NCBI RefSeq assembly: GCF_004010195.1
Contig: NC_057718.1
Location: 47,000,627-47,035,198 of the forward strand
Length of the DNA: 34,572 nucleotides
Source of the DNA: Chiloscyllium plagiosum
Lineage: Eukaryota
Direction of reading: 5' to 3'
Numbering within the stretch: position 1 is the first letter of the stretch; every line of letters starts with the position of its first letter. This document shows, piece after piece, positions 10,435-22,193 of this stretch. Below the pieces are notes generated by a model, which saw only the letters and a list, made by a program, of their open reading frames with translations, was not told the origin of the DNA and ran no database searches. The position numbers were made by a program, and so were the translations under genes.

Positions 10435-10912
10435 CACACAGCAAAATCATGGTTGATCTACTTCCACTTTCCTGCACTATCCTCATATTTTTTAATTTCC
10501 TTAGTTCGCAAACCTCCTTCAACCTCTGGAATAAACACAACAATTTGTCATCAAGAACTTTCTAGGTATTAAGAATTCTAAAGATTAACAACACTTTGAG
10601 TAAAGAAGTTTTTTCTTAACTCAGTCTTAAATGACCAACGCCTTTATTTTGAAACTGTAACATTACCCTCTAGGTTCCATAGCCAATGAAAACATTATTC
10701 AGCATGCATGTTGTGAAGCTCCTTAAAATTTTAATTAGATCAACTATCCTTTTTCTGAATTATAGTGGGTATAGACTGTATCTACTCTATCTCTCCACAG
10801 AGAACAATCCTTTCAGCCTAGGGATCAGTCTAGTGAACATTCATTGCATTTCTCCTAGAAGAAGTAATTCATTCATTAGATAAGGAGACCAAACCTGTAC
10901 ACAATTCTTCAG
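10435..10912 (-). mobile_element. CR1/HER1 LINE 3' fragment, old
   Basis: Reverse complement ctgaagaattgtgtacaggtttggtctccttatcta (..CVQVWSPYL)...ttcactagactgatccct (FTRLIP)...ttctttactcaaagtgttgttaatctttagaattc (FFTQ.VVNL.NS). Confidence 0.75.
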
Positions 10913-11061
10913 CATCAGAGCTGAATAGCTGTAAATATCTGAAGGTGCTGAGAGATTGTTATGAGGGAGGTTGCATTAGTAGGTATACGATATGTGATAG
11001 ATATCTGAACGCTTGGCTTGCTTTCTGAATTCCACCAGCTGTTGGATGAGTGATGGAGGTA

Positions 11062-11275
11062 GCCAGGACTGTAGATGCTGAAGATCAGAGCGAAAAGTAT
11101 GGCACTGGAAAGGCCGGCAGGTCAGGCAGCATCCAAGGAGCAGGAGAGAGAGAGGAGAACTTCTTTAAGATGGGCATCCTTCTTAGTGAAGGGCTTATGC
11201 CAGAAATGTAGATTCTCTTGCACCTCAGATACTGCCTGACCTGCTGTGCTTTTCCAGGTCCACACTTTTCAACTA
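11062..11275. mobile_element. Fold-back PLE derivative (family A), 14-bp TSD, decayed
   Basis: TSD gagtgatggaggta at 11048-11061 and 11276-11289. Arms ggactgtagatgctg..gcaggtcaggcagcatcc / gatactgcctgacctgctgtgcttttccag. Confidence 0.85.
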
Positions 11276-11347
11276 GAGTGATGGAGGTATAGTACATTGA
11301 GGACCATGAGAGGCTCGTGTTAGCAGACGTCCTCTAAAGATACATTC

Positions 11348-11510
11348 ACTCACCTTCATCACCTGTGTAAGGTCATTAGCCTTCTTGTAGCATTGCTGCC
11401 ACATTCTCTGGTCCACAGTCAGGAGTTAATATTCAGAGTCTGTTGGCTTCCATATGGAGCCTTGGTGTCTCTCCTTCTGGTCACCTGTAGTACGAAAGCA
11501 TCTGGTGTTA
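11348..11510 (-). pseudogene. Harbinger-type Myb/SANT DNA-binding ORF relic
   Basis: Minus strand DAFVLQVTRRRDT...RMWQQCYKKANDLTQVMK followed by gtgagt. This matches the R.W.QC.KK.NDL helix of Harbinger Myb/SANT proteins. Confidence 0.6.
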
Positions 11511-12709
11511 GATAAATAGCTATAGATTTTTCAGTCTGACCTGGTGTTCACTTACCAATAATTTAAATTGCATCAATATATCTGCGCAGCTTCTGTTCTA
11601 AGATACAGTGTACCTTCATGAAGAGCAGACCGGCTGCAGCATGTGGCTTGCAAGCAATGCTGTTGGGCCCTCCAAAAGTGTAAGGGGCAACTGGCTGTGC
11701 TTTGGCGTAAAAGACAGTGCAGATGCCCTTGAACCAATACTACAATCATTCAGATGAGGTGGGTGCACAAAATTTGCGTATGACCCATTGCAAGATGAGC
11801 ATGGCTAAGGCACAAATTGTAACCCCTGCACCCAAAAAACAGTAACTAATTTCCATCCCTAAGTGTTAAATCACTCTTCAAAAATCCATTGATCTTTCCC
11901 AGCACGTTTATCTTTCAAAATAGCTATATTACAGGATGCTTGAATATATTTCAAAATATCATTAATTACTTGATTTATTTGAGTTTAGTGACATACAAAA
12001 AAGTGACAATGAGCCGAATTTTCCCTTTTCAAGTTAGCAATTTTCCAAGCGTATTTCATGGCTCTTAATGACCTTTTTTGTGCAATCATCTGCTCATGAA
12101 TTACATATCTGAGCTCTACCATGTCTTTGTTATGGAATCATTCAGTAGAGGTGAAAGTGTTCACCAATGCCAAGACATTCTGGCATTCATGCCATTGCCA
12201 CCATACTTAAAGTCCAACTGCAGACCATTTCAGATGTTACAAACCAGGAACTGCCCTCCACTCTGTGGTACTGTGACATGACCCAGAAAGGGAAGTTAAT
12301 CTCCCACTTCACAAATAGATTGCTGGTGGATTGGGTGGTAGAAAGGAACAGAGTACTTTATCCTGCAGGCTGCAGAAGCACTGGTCTACATTGCATCAGG
12401 TCTACATTCCTTTGCACTAAACAGGAATTATCTACCATACAACCAACAGACAGTTACACAATTAAAGGAAGTCCAACCCAGTTCTTTCATTCTGGAAGCA
12501 GGTTTTAATTTGGTGCTGTCTGGCATCTTGAGCTCGTTGATGCATTGGGTATCATTGGATCTCCGGATTAGCCTTCCTAGGGAGTATTCTGATCCTGATC
12601 CTCATTTTCATCCTTTAAAGATTGTTGTTGATATCACATTTCCTCTGCATTCAGGAAAACACTGCTTTGACAGCTCCCATGGTGAAGGCCACAATTGTGC
12701 AGCATACTC

Positions 12710-12793
12710 TTTTGATTGGGTTGGGATATCTGGTCGGCATGGACGGGTTGGACTGAAGGGTCTGTTTCCATGCTGTACATCTCTATGACTCTA
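12710..12793 (+). mobile_element. HER1/CR1 3' tail (severely 5'-truncated insertion)
   Basis: ctggtcggcatggacgggttggactgaagggtctgtttccatgctgtacatctctatgactcta; same tail as 24230-24285. Confidence 0.85.
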
Positions 12794-13123
12794 ATATATA
12801 CTACAAGGTTCTACTGGAGTGATGCCAGTGGTCCAGGCATCAAACCCTCATTTTCAGTAGGACTATGATCTGTTTCACAATGACATTGCTGAAACATTTG
12901 GAGATTTTGTTTCTTTATTCTGTGTCAGTCTAAGGGTGTTGTAAAGGGGTCATCATCCATGTTTAAAGGATGTAGTCCTTGTCTCCCAGCGACCATTCTT
13001 GTTTGGCGAAGGACTTTGGAAGGACATGGGTCCCTGTAAGTCTTCTGTTATGTACGCATTATGGCAGCTTCCAAGCTATTTAGCAGAGCCCTCCAAAATC
13101 TATCACTGATGCTCACAGATAGT

Positions 13124-13444
13124 GGGCGGCACGGTGGCACAGTAGTTAGAACTGCTACCTCACAGCACCAGAGACCCGGGTTCAATTCCCGCCTCAGGCA
13201 ACTGACTGTGTGGAGTTTGAACATTCTCCCAATGTCTGCGTGGGTTTCCTCCGGGTGCTTCAGTTTCCTCTCACAGTCCAAAAATGTGCAGATTAGGTGA
13301 ATTGGCCATGCTAAATTGCCCGTAGTGTTAGGTGAAGGGGTAAATGTAGGGGAATGGGTCTGGGTGGGTTGTGCTTCGGTGGGTTGGTGTGGACTTGTTG
13401 GGCCGAAGGGCCTGTTTCCACACTGTAAGTAATCTAAAAAAAAA
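13124..13444 (+). mobile_element. HE1-like V-SINE, full length
   Basis: gggcggcacggtggcacagtagttag...ggttcaattccc...gggcctgtttccacactgtaagtaatctaaaa; close reverse complement of 9992-10307. Confidence 0.92.
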
Positions 13445-13929
13445 CTTGATCATGATGAAATGGAAGGCTTTTCTGTTGACAAATTCTGCATGTTGGTGGT
13501 AGGAAGCTCTCAAAGCCACATGCGTGCAGTCTGTAGCATTCTTCTCTAAGTCAGCAATGGTGGTTAATCTCACTGCCCAGGCTGCTTGACCACCCCACCC
13601 CCTATCACCCTCCCTCCTCATCACAGCGGAAGGATCTGAAGAATTGTGATTGGAGAAGATGGATCAGTGACATCCCAAATGCATTTGTGGGTTGAGGATT
13701 GGGAGGTACCATACATGTCCTCAATTGCTTCTTAAAATAAGCCATTGGCATAAATATTTAGGTTATCTTGATGGTCATTGAAGTGGGATGTAAGGACAAC
13801 ACCTATAGTCCTGCATTGACTGCCCCCTTCTCATTGTTTACTCATTATCTGCTGTGCCAGGAGTTAGATTCTTGACCCTTTCCATACTCTCTGTCCTATC
13901 CTTTGTTCTGGAAACTTCAATAACTTCTG

Positions 13930-15280
13930 CTGAGCCCTGCCCTGTTTTAACTTTTTACATAAATTTACATACTACTGAACCATCACCAACCTCCATTTAG
14001 TTTAAAGTCCTATCCACAATCCTAGTTATGCAATTCACCTGGACTCTGGTCCCAGCATGATTCAGGTAGAACCCATCCTATCAGAGCAGCTCCCTCCTTC
14101 CCCAATACTGATGTCAATGTCTCATTAATTTAAACCCATTTGTTCCTCACCAATCTTTGAACCACAGGTTTACTTCTTTAATCTTGTTGACTCTGTGCCA
14201 ATTTGCTCATGGTTCAAGTAATAATCCAGAGATTATTACCTTTCTCATTCTGCTTCTTAATTTAACTCCTAGCTGCTCATATTCCTTCAGCAGAACCTCT
14301 CCTCTTTTTCCCTATATTCTTTGTGACTATGTGGAGCAGGACAACTGAATCTTTCCCTTCCCACTCCACGTTCGTCTGCAATCCAGATGAGATATCCTGA
14401 ACCCACACACCAGGCAGACAACACAGTCTTCAAGACTCTTGATCCTGGCTACAGAAAACATTATCTATTCCCCTGACTGTACTGTTCCAATTATAACTAT
14501 ATATCTTTTTTCTCCCCATTCTTTACCATGATGCAATGGTCAGTTTACCATCCTCCCTCTTGCCCCCACCCCTCTCATTCACAGAGGAAGCAAGATTTTC
14601 AAACCTGTTAAACAAGCTCAAGGCCTAAGGTTCCTTTAGCACTACTTCTGGATCCCTCAAACTGCCTCGCTCATAGTCACACCCTCCTGTCCCTGACCAC
14701 TGACTGAATTGGAGGTAGTTAATCTAAATGGTGTGACTGCCTCCTGAAACACATCATACAGGTAATGCTCACTCTCCCCGGTGTGTTGCTGTGTTTGAAG
14801 CTCAGGCTCCAGCTCATCAGCTCTAAGCTGGAGTTCCTTAAGCAACTAACACTTGCTACAGATGTGGCCACCATGATCCAATATTGCATCCATCAGCTTC
14901 TAAATCTTGCAGTTACAACATTTTGTCTGGCCCTGCACCTTTACTTTAAATACTTAGTTTCTTAGTTTGATTTTTAAATATTTCATACTGGTCTTTTATT
15001 TTGTAGCCTGTAAATATCTCCCCTATTTACCTTCAATCTGAAAGTTACCTGTAACAAATTACTAGCTATTACCAACCAATGAACGTGCCTTCTAACTGTG
15101 AAGTCACTCTTTTGTGCTGGGCCCCTAATCCTGGACTTCAATTTAATATGCTAAAAAAACCTTACAAACTATGAGTTAAAAAAGAAGCAAATAATAAACA
15201 CCTCTTCCTCTCCACACAGAATTCCCATATTACCTCTAAAGTCCCCAAACTATATACTCACTTGGTCTGTTTATCACTCT
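13930..15280 (-). mobile_element. CR1-type LINE 5' part: putative 5'UTR and ORF1 (zinc finger/coiled coil plus esterase), decayed
   Basis: Minus strand: C..C...HICSKC*LLKELQLRADELEPELQT..VFQEAVTP (ORF 14657-14845), NRFE motif, VIIG..VRG, LCCLPGV.VQDIS, VHI.T.NIG, then a W.GF..W esterase C-terminus to 13990. The 5' boundary is approximate. Confidence 0.8.
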
Positions 15281-16458
15281 GGACGTGACCTCACCTTCCT
15301 ACCCATGTGAAGCTTACTCACGAGATCAGCCCCAGACCCCATTCTTTTGTCTCATTGACTTGTCCTGGTTTGATTGCATGGGTCCTTTGTGGTACATAGG
15401 AGGGTTACATGGAGTGGTATCCGCACTTCTTATTATCTGTGGGGAGTCCGTGATCCCCCACATGTAACAAGGCTGAAATGTCTATGCAATTGTGATTATT
15501 CCTATGAATGTTCCAGATGTTAAGTAACAGGTTATATACCAGGAATTGCATCCTGTGATTTCAGAATATTTTAATAAACTGTAATAAAAAGATATTAATA
15601 TGTAATGTAAACATTCTGTTGAAAAGTATGTGTTATCATGGTCCTAAGCATCTGCCTATTTTGTTATGTTTTTGGCTGTTTGAATGGTTCTTCATACACC
15701 TGAGTTTTCCCTTCTTGTGCAGAGATGCCTGGAGTTCCCAGCATTATCATCACATCTTATAATGTGAATAGGCACTGGTTTTAATCTATCACTCAATCTT
15801 ACCGTATGTTATCTCTTCCATAAGTAATTTTTAAATCCACAGTATCCACCATAAAACAGGTTGTTAAATTGTAACTTATAGTCCCTTAGTAAGCAAATCA
15901 AAAATCATTCATCTGAAATGAAAATCAAAACGGTTTTATTATCCCATAAAATTATTTGCATTTGATTGTAGTTTAGATTTGTGAAGTGATAAAATGTGGA
16001 AATGTAGTAAAGAAATATTTGTTTAACAAAATAATTAAATTAAAGTAGATTAAAAATAAGATACAGTGAAGAACAAATCTAATTGAGGCAATTTCCCTCC
16101 TTTCATCTGCACTTCCTGGACTGGATCTTTTTTAATTTGATTACTGCACTAACTACTGCTTTTATTTCCCGCCTTTTGTCTCATTGCAGGAGACAATCTC
16201 AAGACAAGGTTAACTAATATGAAGAGAAGATATAGAGAATATAGAAGAGAATATAGAAACCACACATGAAGTATTGCTGAGATATCCATATCTCAGCATC
16301 CAAGTAGGATTTATTCTCAACATTGCTGAGCTACTTTCCCATTACCACCACTGTGAATATATTCTTAAAATAGGCAGGCCTTTACATCCACTTCACGAAT
16401 AATGTCTACACTACCACATCAAATACTCCAAGAGTAGGAGTGGAGGGGGCAATTGAAC

Positions 16459-16522
16459 GGGAGGTTATGGTGTAGTGGGATATTGTCACTGGACCAATAA
16501 TCCAGAGACTCATGAAATGTCC
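16459..16522 (+). mobile_element. 5' fragment of tRNA-derived SINE (family of 29649-29958)
   Basis: gggaggttatggtgtagtgggatattgtcactggaccaataatccagagac matches the reverse complement of 29905-29958. Confidence 0.6.
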
Positions 16523-16539
16523 TTTGTCTATATTGTATT

Positions 16540-16885
16540 GAAATCAATCTCCTGACCTATTGAACATCATTTGAAGAAAGAAGCGAGGTTGGCAAAGGCA
16601 CAAAATGTACTCTAAGGGGGAAACTTCAGTGTCTGTTACCAATAGTGGACAAGCAGCACCACTACTGATCAAAAGGGTCCACTCCTAAAGGATGTGGCTG
16701 CTGGACTGAGCCTGCAGTGAGTGGTGAGAGAACTAACAGGAGGTTAAAACATATGTGACTTAAATCTGCCTGCCACAATTGCATTTGTCCATGACTGTGT
16801 CAGTAGGAGTGACTATTGCACAGTCCTTGTGGAGACGAACTCATCTTTATTTTAAGAATTTTCTCCATTGTGTTGTGTGGCACAA
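16540..16885 (+). mobile_element. LINE apurinic-like endonuclease fragment (second CR1/L2-group family)
   Basis: IEHHL...AKAQNVL*GGNFSV..*W.SSTTTDQKG.LLKD....L.*VVRELTGG.N..DL....VHDCVSRSDY.TVLVET: degenerate GDFN, PTR..LDL and SDH motifs. Confidence 0.75.
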
Positions 16886-17076
16886 TTATTGTCCTGGACC
16901 ATGGGGAACCATGAAAGCAGCAGCATTGCACCATATAAGAAAATGACAATGTTCATCAGAAGGAAAATTACCTTCATCATCTTACAATACAGTGCCATTA
17001 ACCAAAGCAATCTAGCATAGGGAGGACCTCTTTGTCAACTACTTTCAATGGAACCAAGTAGCATGAAATAATCTTT

Positions 17077-17476
17077 GTGAGTTTTGAGAAGATTTGTAGC
17101 TCAGGCTGAGGTTCTGGATGTAGGTTTGCTTGCTGAACTGGGAGATTCATTTCCAGATGTTTTATCACCCTACTAGGTAACATCTTCAGTGGGCCTCCGG
17201 CGAAGCAGTGTACATGATTCGTGCCTTCTATTTATATGTTTGGGTTTCTTTGGATTGGTGATGTCATTTCCTGGGGTGATGTCATTTCCTGTTCTTTTTC
17301 TCAGGGGGTGGTAGATCGGGTCTAGCTCGATGTGTTTGTTGATAGAGTTCCAGTTGGAATGCCATGCTTCTAGGAATTCTCATGCATGTCTCTGTTTGGC
17401 TTGTCCTAAGATGGATATGATGTTCCAGTCGAAGTGATGTCCTTCCTTATCTGTATGTAAGAATACTAGTGAGAGT
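17077..17476 (-). mobile_element. Penelope-like element 3' end (family C): GIY-YIG C-terminus plus terminal repeat
   Basis: Minus strand LSLVFLHTDKEGHHFDWNIISILGQAKQRHA*EFLEAWHSNWNSINKHIELDPIYHPL, then a hammerhead-like ctgaagatgttacctagtagggtgataaaacatc. Possible 6-bp TSD atcttt at 17071-17076 and 17477-17482. Confidence 0.8.
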
Positions 17477-17489
17477 ATCTTTCATGTGC

Positions 17490-19240
17490 TTCAAATGTTT
17501 TGTTGTTACAGAGCCCAGAATTGGCAATGGTTGAATATCAGCAATGGTAGTGCCACTGAATCTCTATTTTGGTTTTGGTCATTGTTAAGCAATGTATGGC
17601 GCAAATGTTACTTGCCATTTTTCAGCCCAAATCTGGATTTGTCCAGGTCTTGGTGTATTTAGACATGGACTGTTTCGGTATTTGAGGAGTTGCAAATGAT
17701 GTTAAACATTGGGCAATCATCAGTGAACATTCCCACTCCCACTTCTGGTCGTTTAATGGAGGGAAGGTCATTGCTGAAGCAGCTGAAGATGGCTGTATCT
17801 CTGCAGTACTGTCTTCCAGTTGACATAACTGATCTCCAACAATCACAACAATCGTTCTTTGTGCCAGGTATGTTTCCAACTAATGGAGGGTTTCTACTGA
17901 CTCCCATTGACTCCAGTTTTGCTAGGGCACCTTGAAGCCATGTTTGGTCAAATCTGGCCTCAATGTTAAGGGCAGTCATTCTCACCTCACCTCTGTGATT
18001 CAGCTTCTTGTCCATGTTTAAAACAAGGCTGTAATGAGGTCAGAACTCAGTGGCTATGGGGAAACCCAACTGGGAGTCACTGATCAGATTATTACTGAGC
18101 AAGTGCTGTTTGATGGGACTGTTGATGAGACCTTGCATCACTTTATGGACAATTGAGAGTAAACTGATGGGGCAGTAATTGACTGTGTTGGATTTGTCCA
18201 GGCCTTTGTGTACAGGATATACATGGGCAATTTTTCACATAGTTGGGTAGACACCAATGTTTTAGTTTTATTGGAACAGCTTAGCTGGGGTACAGCAAAT
18301 TCTGGTGCACACATCTTCAGTATTATTGCTGGAATATTGTCAGGGTCCACAGACTTTGTAGTATCCAGTGCCTCCATCCGAAGAGCGAATCAAACGGCTG
18401 AAGACTGGCATCTGTGGAGGAAGCCAAGATGGATCATCCAGTTGGCATTTCTCGCTGAGGATGGGGATATATGTTGAGCCTCCTCCACCTGTTTGTTCTT
18501 TAATTATCCACCACTGTTCATGACTGAATGTCACATTACTATAGAGCTGATATCTGATCTATTGTTTGTGGAATTGCCTAGCTGTGACCATCACTTGCTG
18601 CTTATTTTGTTTGGCAGACAAATAGTTCTGGTTTGTAGCTTCACCAGTTTGACAACTCATTTTTAGGTATGCTTGGTGCAGCTCTTGATATTTGTTTGTA
18701 CTCTTCAGTGAACCAGGAGCTCTCCCAGGTTGGTGTTAATAGTGGAGTGAGAGCTATCTCAGGCCAGGAGGTTTCAGATTATTATTGAATATAATTCATA
18801 CTCATCAGAATGTATATAAGGAGACTTGACAGGGCGAATGCTGAGGGGAGAGTCTAGAACCAAAGGACATAGTCTCAGAATAAAGGGGTGCCAATTTAAG
18901 ACTGAGGTAAGGAGGAATTTATTCTCGCAGAAGATTCTTAGTCTCTGGAACTCCTTGCCACAGAAGGGTTGTGTGGGCAGAGCTTTTGGTATGCTTCAGG
19001 CAGTTAGATTTTCTTGATCAGTTGGAGAATCAAGGGTTACCAGGAAAAGGCAGGAAAGTGAATGTGAAGCATGTTGGATCAGCCATGATCGTATTGAATG
19101 GTGGTGCAGGCTTGAGGGGCAAATGTCCTACTCCTATTTCTTATGATCTTAATTCTGCTGCTGATGGCCCACAGAACCTCATGGATGCCCAATCTTGAAT
19201 TGCTAGATCTATTCAAAGCCGATTCCATCTAGCCCATTCC
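17490..19240 (-). mobile_element. Second CR1/L2-group LINE ORF2 (RT region), interrupted at 18798-19149
   Basis: ALDTTKSVDPDNIPAIILKMCAPE; GEVRMTALNIEARFDQTWLQGALAKLESMGV; IFSCFSNDLPSIKRPEVG.MFTDDC (FADD). The upstream part resumes at 19150. Confidence 0.85.
18798..19149 (+). mobile_element. CR1 LINE 3' end inserted into the minus-strand LINE
   Basis: GESRTKGHSLRIKGCQFKTEVRRNLFSQKILSLWNSLPQ, then tail gatcagccatgatcgtattgaatggtgg..cctactcctatttcttatg. Candidate TSD taattc at 18792-18797 and 19150-19155. Confidence 0.85.
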
Positions 19241-19692
19241 TGTTGTAGCATCCTCCATTTGTCCAGGCTAAAGCCTCAGGAGATTAAGCAGAATCCTCGG
19301 TCTATATTGTTAGTAAAATCAACCCTCAGACTGGATAAATGTGGGAAACTGACGTTAAGGAGATACCTTATGGCCCTGTTTGACCTCAATGGAAAAAAGT
19401 GTTGCACTGCCTCTATGCTGAGAAATATGACATGACAATTGAACCACTAGTTCTATGCAGAGTATAGGGCCAGTGCCCCTCGGTCAGTGCAGGGCATTCC
19501 ATGGAAAACAAGCCACTGTGTGTCTCTTGCATTTTGCCACATCATGGGGCACCTTTGGCTGGAAACTCTACAGTAGGAGTTTGATGCTGATGCTGGGCTT
19601 TTGTTTTTTATTCACTTCTGTGGATGCTGTTTGAGCAGTGGACATGGAGATAGCAGTATCTGGATCAGTGGTGCTGGAAGAGCACAGCAGTT

Positions 19693-19866
19693 CATCAAAG
19701 TTTTACCTGCACATCCACTAATATCATTTATTGTATCCGTTGCTCCCGATGCGGTCTCCTCTACATCGGGGAGACTGGGCGCCTCCTAGCAGAGCGCTTT
19801 AGGGAACATCTCCGAGACACCCGCACCAATCAACCAAACCGCCCCGTGGCCCAACATTTCAACTCC
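19693..19866 (+). pseudogene. Penelope GIY-YIG endonuclease fragment (open, but no start and truncated)
   Basis: HQSFTCTSTNIIYCIRCSRCGLLYIGETGRLLAERFREHLRDTRTNQPNRPVAQHFNS: IIY-CxxC-YIGET-RxxEH-H motifs. Confidence 0.92.
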
Positions 19867-20034
19867 TATAATCAATGGTTTGACCAATTAAGGAAAGCAT
19901 ACGAAGCACTGCCTTCACTATCCTATCTACCTGCAACTCTACTTTCATGGAACTATGAACCTGCATTCCAAGGTCTCTTTGTTCAGCAAACCCTCCTCTA
20001 GCTTATCTCTCCACGCTTCAGGCTCTCTGCCTTT

Positions 20035-20070
20035 ATTCCTGATGAAGGGCTTTTGCCCGAAACGTCGATT
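20035..20070 (+). ncRNA. Minimal type-I hammerhead ribozyme motif (PLE family A), core intact
   Basis: attc-CTGATGA-a-gggc-tttt-gccc-GAAA-cg-TC-gatt; palindromic ACGT at helix III and predicted cleavage after GUC (20066). Confidence 0.75.
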
Positions 20071-22193
20071 TTGCCTGTCCTCGGATTTTGCCTCTCCTCG
20101 GTGGCTGTCTGAACTGCTGTGCTCTTCCAGCACCACTGATCCAGAATCTGGTTTCCAGCATCTGCAGTCATTGTTTTTACCCCATGGAGATAGCAGTAGT
20201 TTCTTTGTCTGGATCCATTGGGGATGGTTCAAATGAGCCCATGTGGGCAACTCAGAAAAGAACAGCTCTTCAAAAATGTGATCATTCAGCAGCTGCAGCA
20301 TGCACAAGTGACATTTAAACAGCATCCTCAAAACAACAGGAAATGGAAGCTTCCAACAAGGAGGACAATGAGATGCCTCTATTTGGAACTTATACTTTGT
20401 TGACTTGATTCAGGTGTGTGCTGCACAAATCATTCTCAGTAGGAGATTGCAAGTGTGGTCAGAAGAATGAGAGCTTCTCCCCCACCCTAACCTCCCACAT
20501 TATCCAAGAAAGGCAGCGTTGCATGTAGGATAATTGTCTGCATGTTTTATAGTCCAAGATGTGAGCTGGACCCTGTGCAGGCTATAAGACCTTGGAATGT
20601 ATTTGTGAACTATCGACATTAGGTGAAAAATACAGCTTGCTTGACATTACTTCTTAACAGTTATTAATAGATTCATCTGTAATGTTCACCGACTTTTGGA
20701 CAATGGCCATTCTGTTGTAGAACATGCAGTGTGTTTGCTGCGTAAGCTGCTAGCACATGCTACAGGTTTGACATTGACAAAACACAGAGCCATACAACAA
20801 CATATTTTCCCCATTAACTGATTGTTGTTGGCCAACATGAGATCCTACGCTTAAAGTTAGACAGGATAAAAATCTGAGGAGCGTGGCCCAGCTCAAGCTC
20901 AGATGGAAACATCACTGAATCCAGAGTGAAATACTTGACATGACGTCAGGATTCAAAACGTAACACAGGGCAAGAAGCTTGCATGCTTAGGCTTAGGAAT
21001 AGAGAATGAGAGAGAGAAAACTGATTTGATGAGTAGTGGATAAGGTTGAGTACTTCGGTCCTCTTATTGTTTGTAGATGGTAAGATTCACAATGGCAATA
21101 CAACTCAACCTCGTGGAATGCTTCCAGTGTCTAGGGTGACCATGTATGCAAGTAGTCTGTTCAGCTGCAGCTTTTGATTGACTGCACGAAGTGGCTGGAT
21201 CTCAGGTGGATTCACTATGGAGCATTTGTGATGTTGAGGATGTCATGGATAGCAGATTTAGTGAGCTGGTTACACCACAAGCAAGGATCTTCAAATGAGG
21301 CCATCTTGGTAGAGCTTAGAAATAATAAAGGGATGATTAGAGGAAAGATAGAGATAAAGGAGCAGATACATAGGCAAATCACAGAATGGTTTGAGAGAAA
21401 CATAGTTATAGCTGTAAGGGATTTCAACTTTGATAACATTATCTAAGATCACCTTAGTCTAAAGGGATTAGACAGAGTGGAGCTTTTTGTGCCAGTGCGT
21501 AGGTAGTCCTATTAGAGATGGGGCAATGCATGGCCTAATGCTAGGGAATGAAGCAGGTTAAGTGACTGAAGTTTCATTGGGCAGGCAGTTTGGGAATAGT
21601 GACCATAAGTTTGTAAATTTCAAGTCATTATAGAAAGGGATAAGCATGGTGCAGAAGTAAAGCGTCTAAATTGAGGACAGGGTAATTTCAATATCACTAG
21701 ACAGGATCTGGCAAATGAAGACTGGGAGTAGCTACTTGCAGGTACATCTACATTTGGAAAGTGGGAATCTTTTACAAGTAGTTTAGTGAGAATTTATGGT
21801 CAGCATGTTCCTCTAAGAGTGAAGAGCAAGGCCAGAAAGTCTAAGAGACCTTGGATGACAAGGGATATTGTGAGTTTGATTAATAAAAAAAGCATCCATC
21901 TGGTACAGTGCATTAAAACAAAAGTGTGGAGAGTATGGGAGGTTTGCTTTCAAAAGATATTAGGAGGACAAAGAGGGGCCAGAAATATCTTCGGCAGTTA
22001 GGATTAAGGGAAACCCCAAGACTTGTTGTAAGGATATTAAGAGCAAAAGGCTTGGTATAAGGATAATAAGAGTAAAAGGAATACCAGGGAAAGAGTGACT
22101 TATTAGAGACCAAAGGGGCAACTATGCATAAAACCTGAGGATGTGGATGAGATCTTAAATGAGTCCTTCTCTTCCCTATTCATGGACGAGAAA

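Larger units (their letters stand above)
12685..13800 (-). pseudogene. PIF/Harbinger DDE transposase (HARBI1-like) relic, split by a SINE and a LINE tail
   Basis: Collinear motifs: LNIYANGLF*EAIEDMYGTSQSSTHKCIWDVTD; ATDCTHVALRAS..FVNRKAFHFIMIK|SINE|TICEH..GSCHNAYI; WSLGDKDYIL*TWMMTPLQHP; IVKQIIVLLKMRV*CLD; |LINE tail| MLHN. Many stops. Confidence 0.88.
19659..20182 (+). mobile_element. Chimeric Penelope-like insertion (family A variant), 16-bp TSD
   Basis: TSD catggagatagcagta at 19643-19658 and 20183-20198. Structure: ~36-bp inverted 5' arm, GIY-YIG fragment, foreign CR1 piece, then 3' terminal repeat with hammerhead. Confidence 0.9.

Noticed and set aside
17258..17291. Tandem duplicate ggtgatgtcatttcctg; also gattttgcct.tcctcg x2 at 20067-20100
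   Set aside because: Small slippage duplications inside PLE copies.
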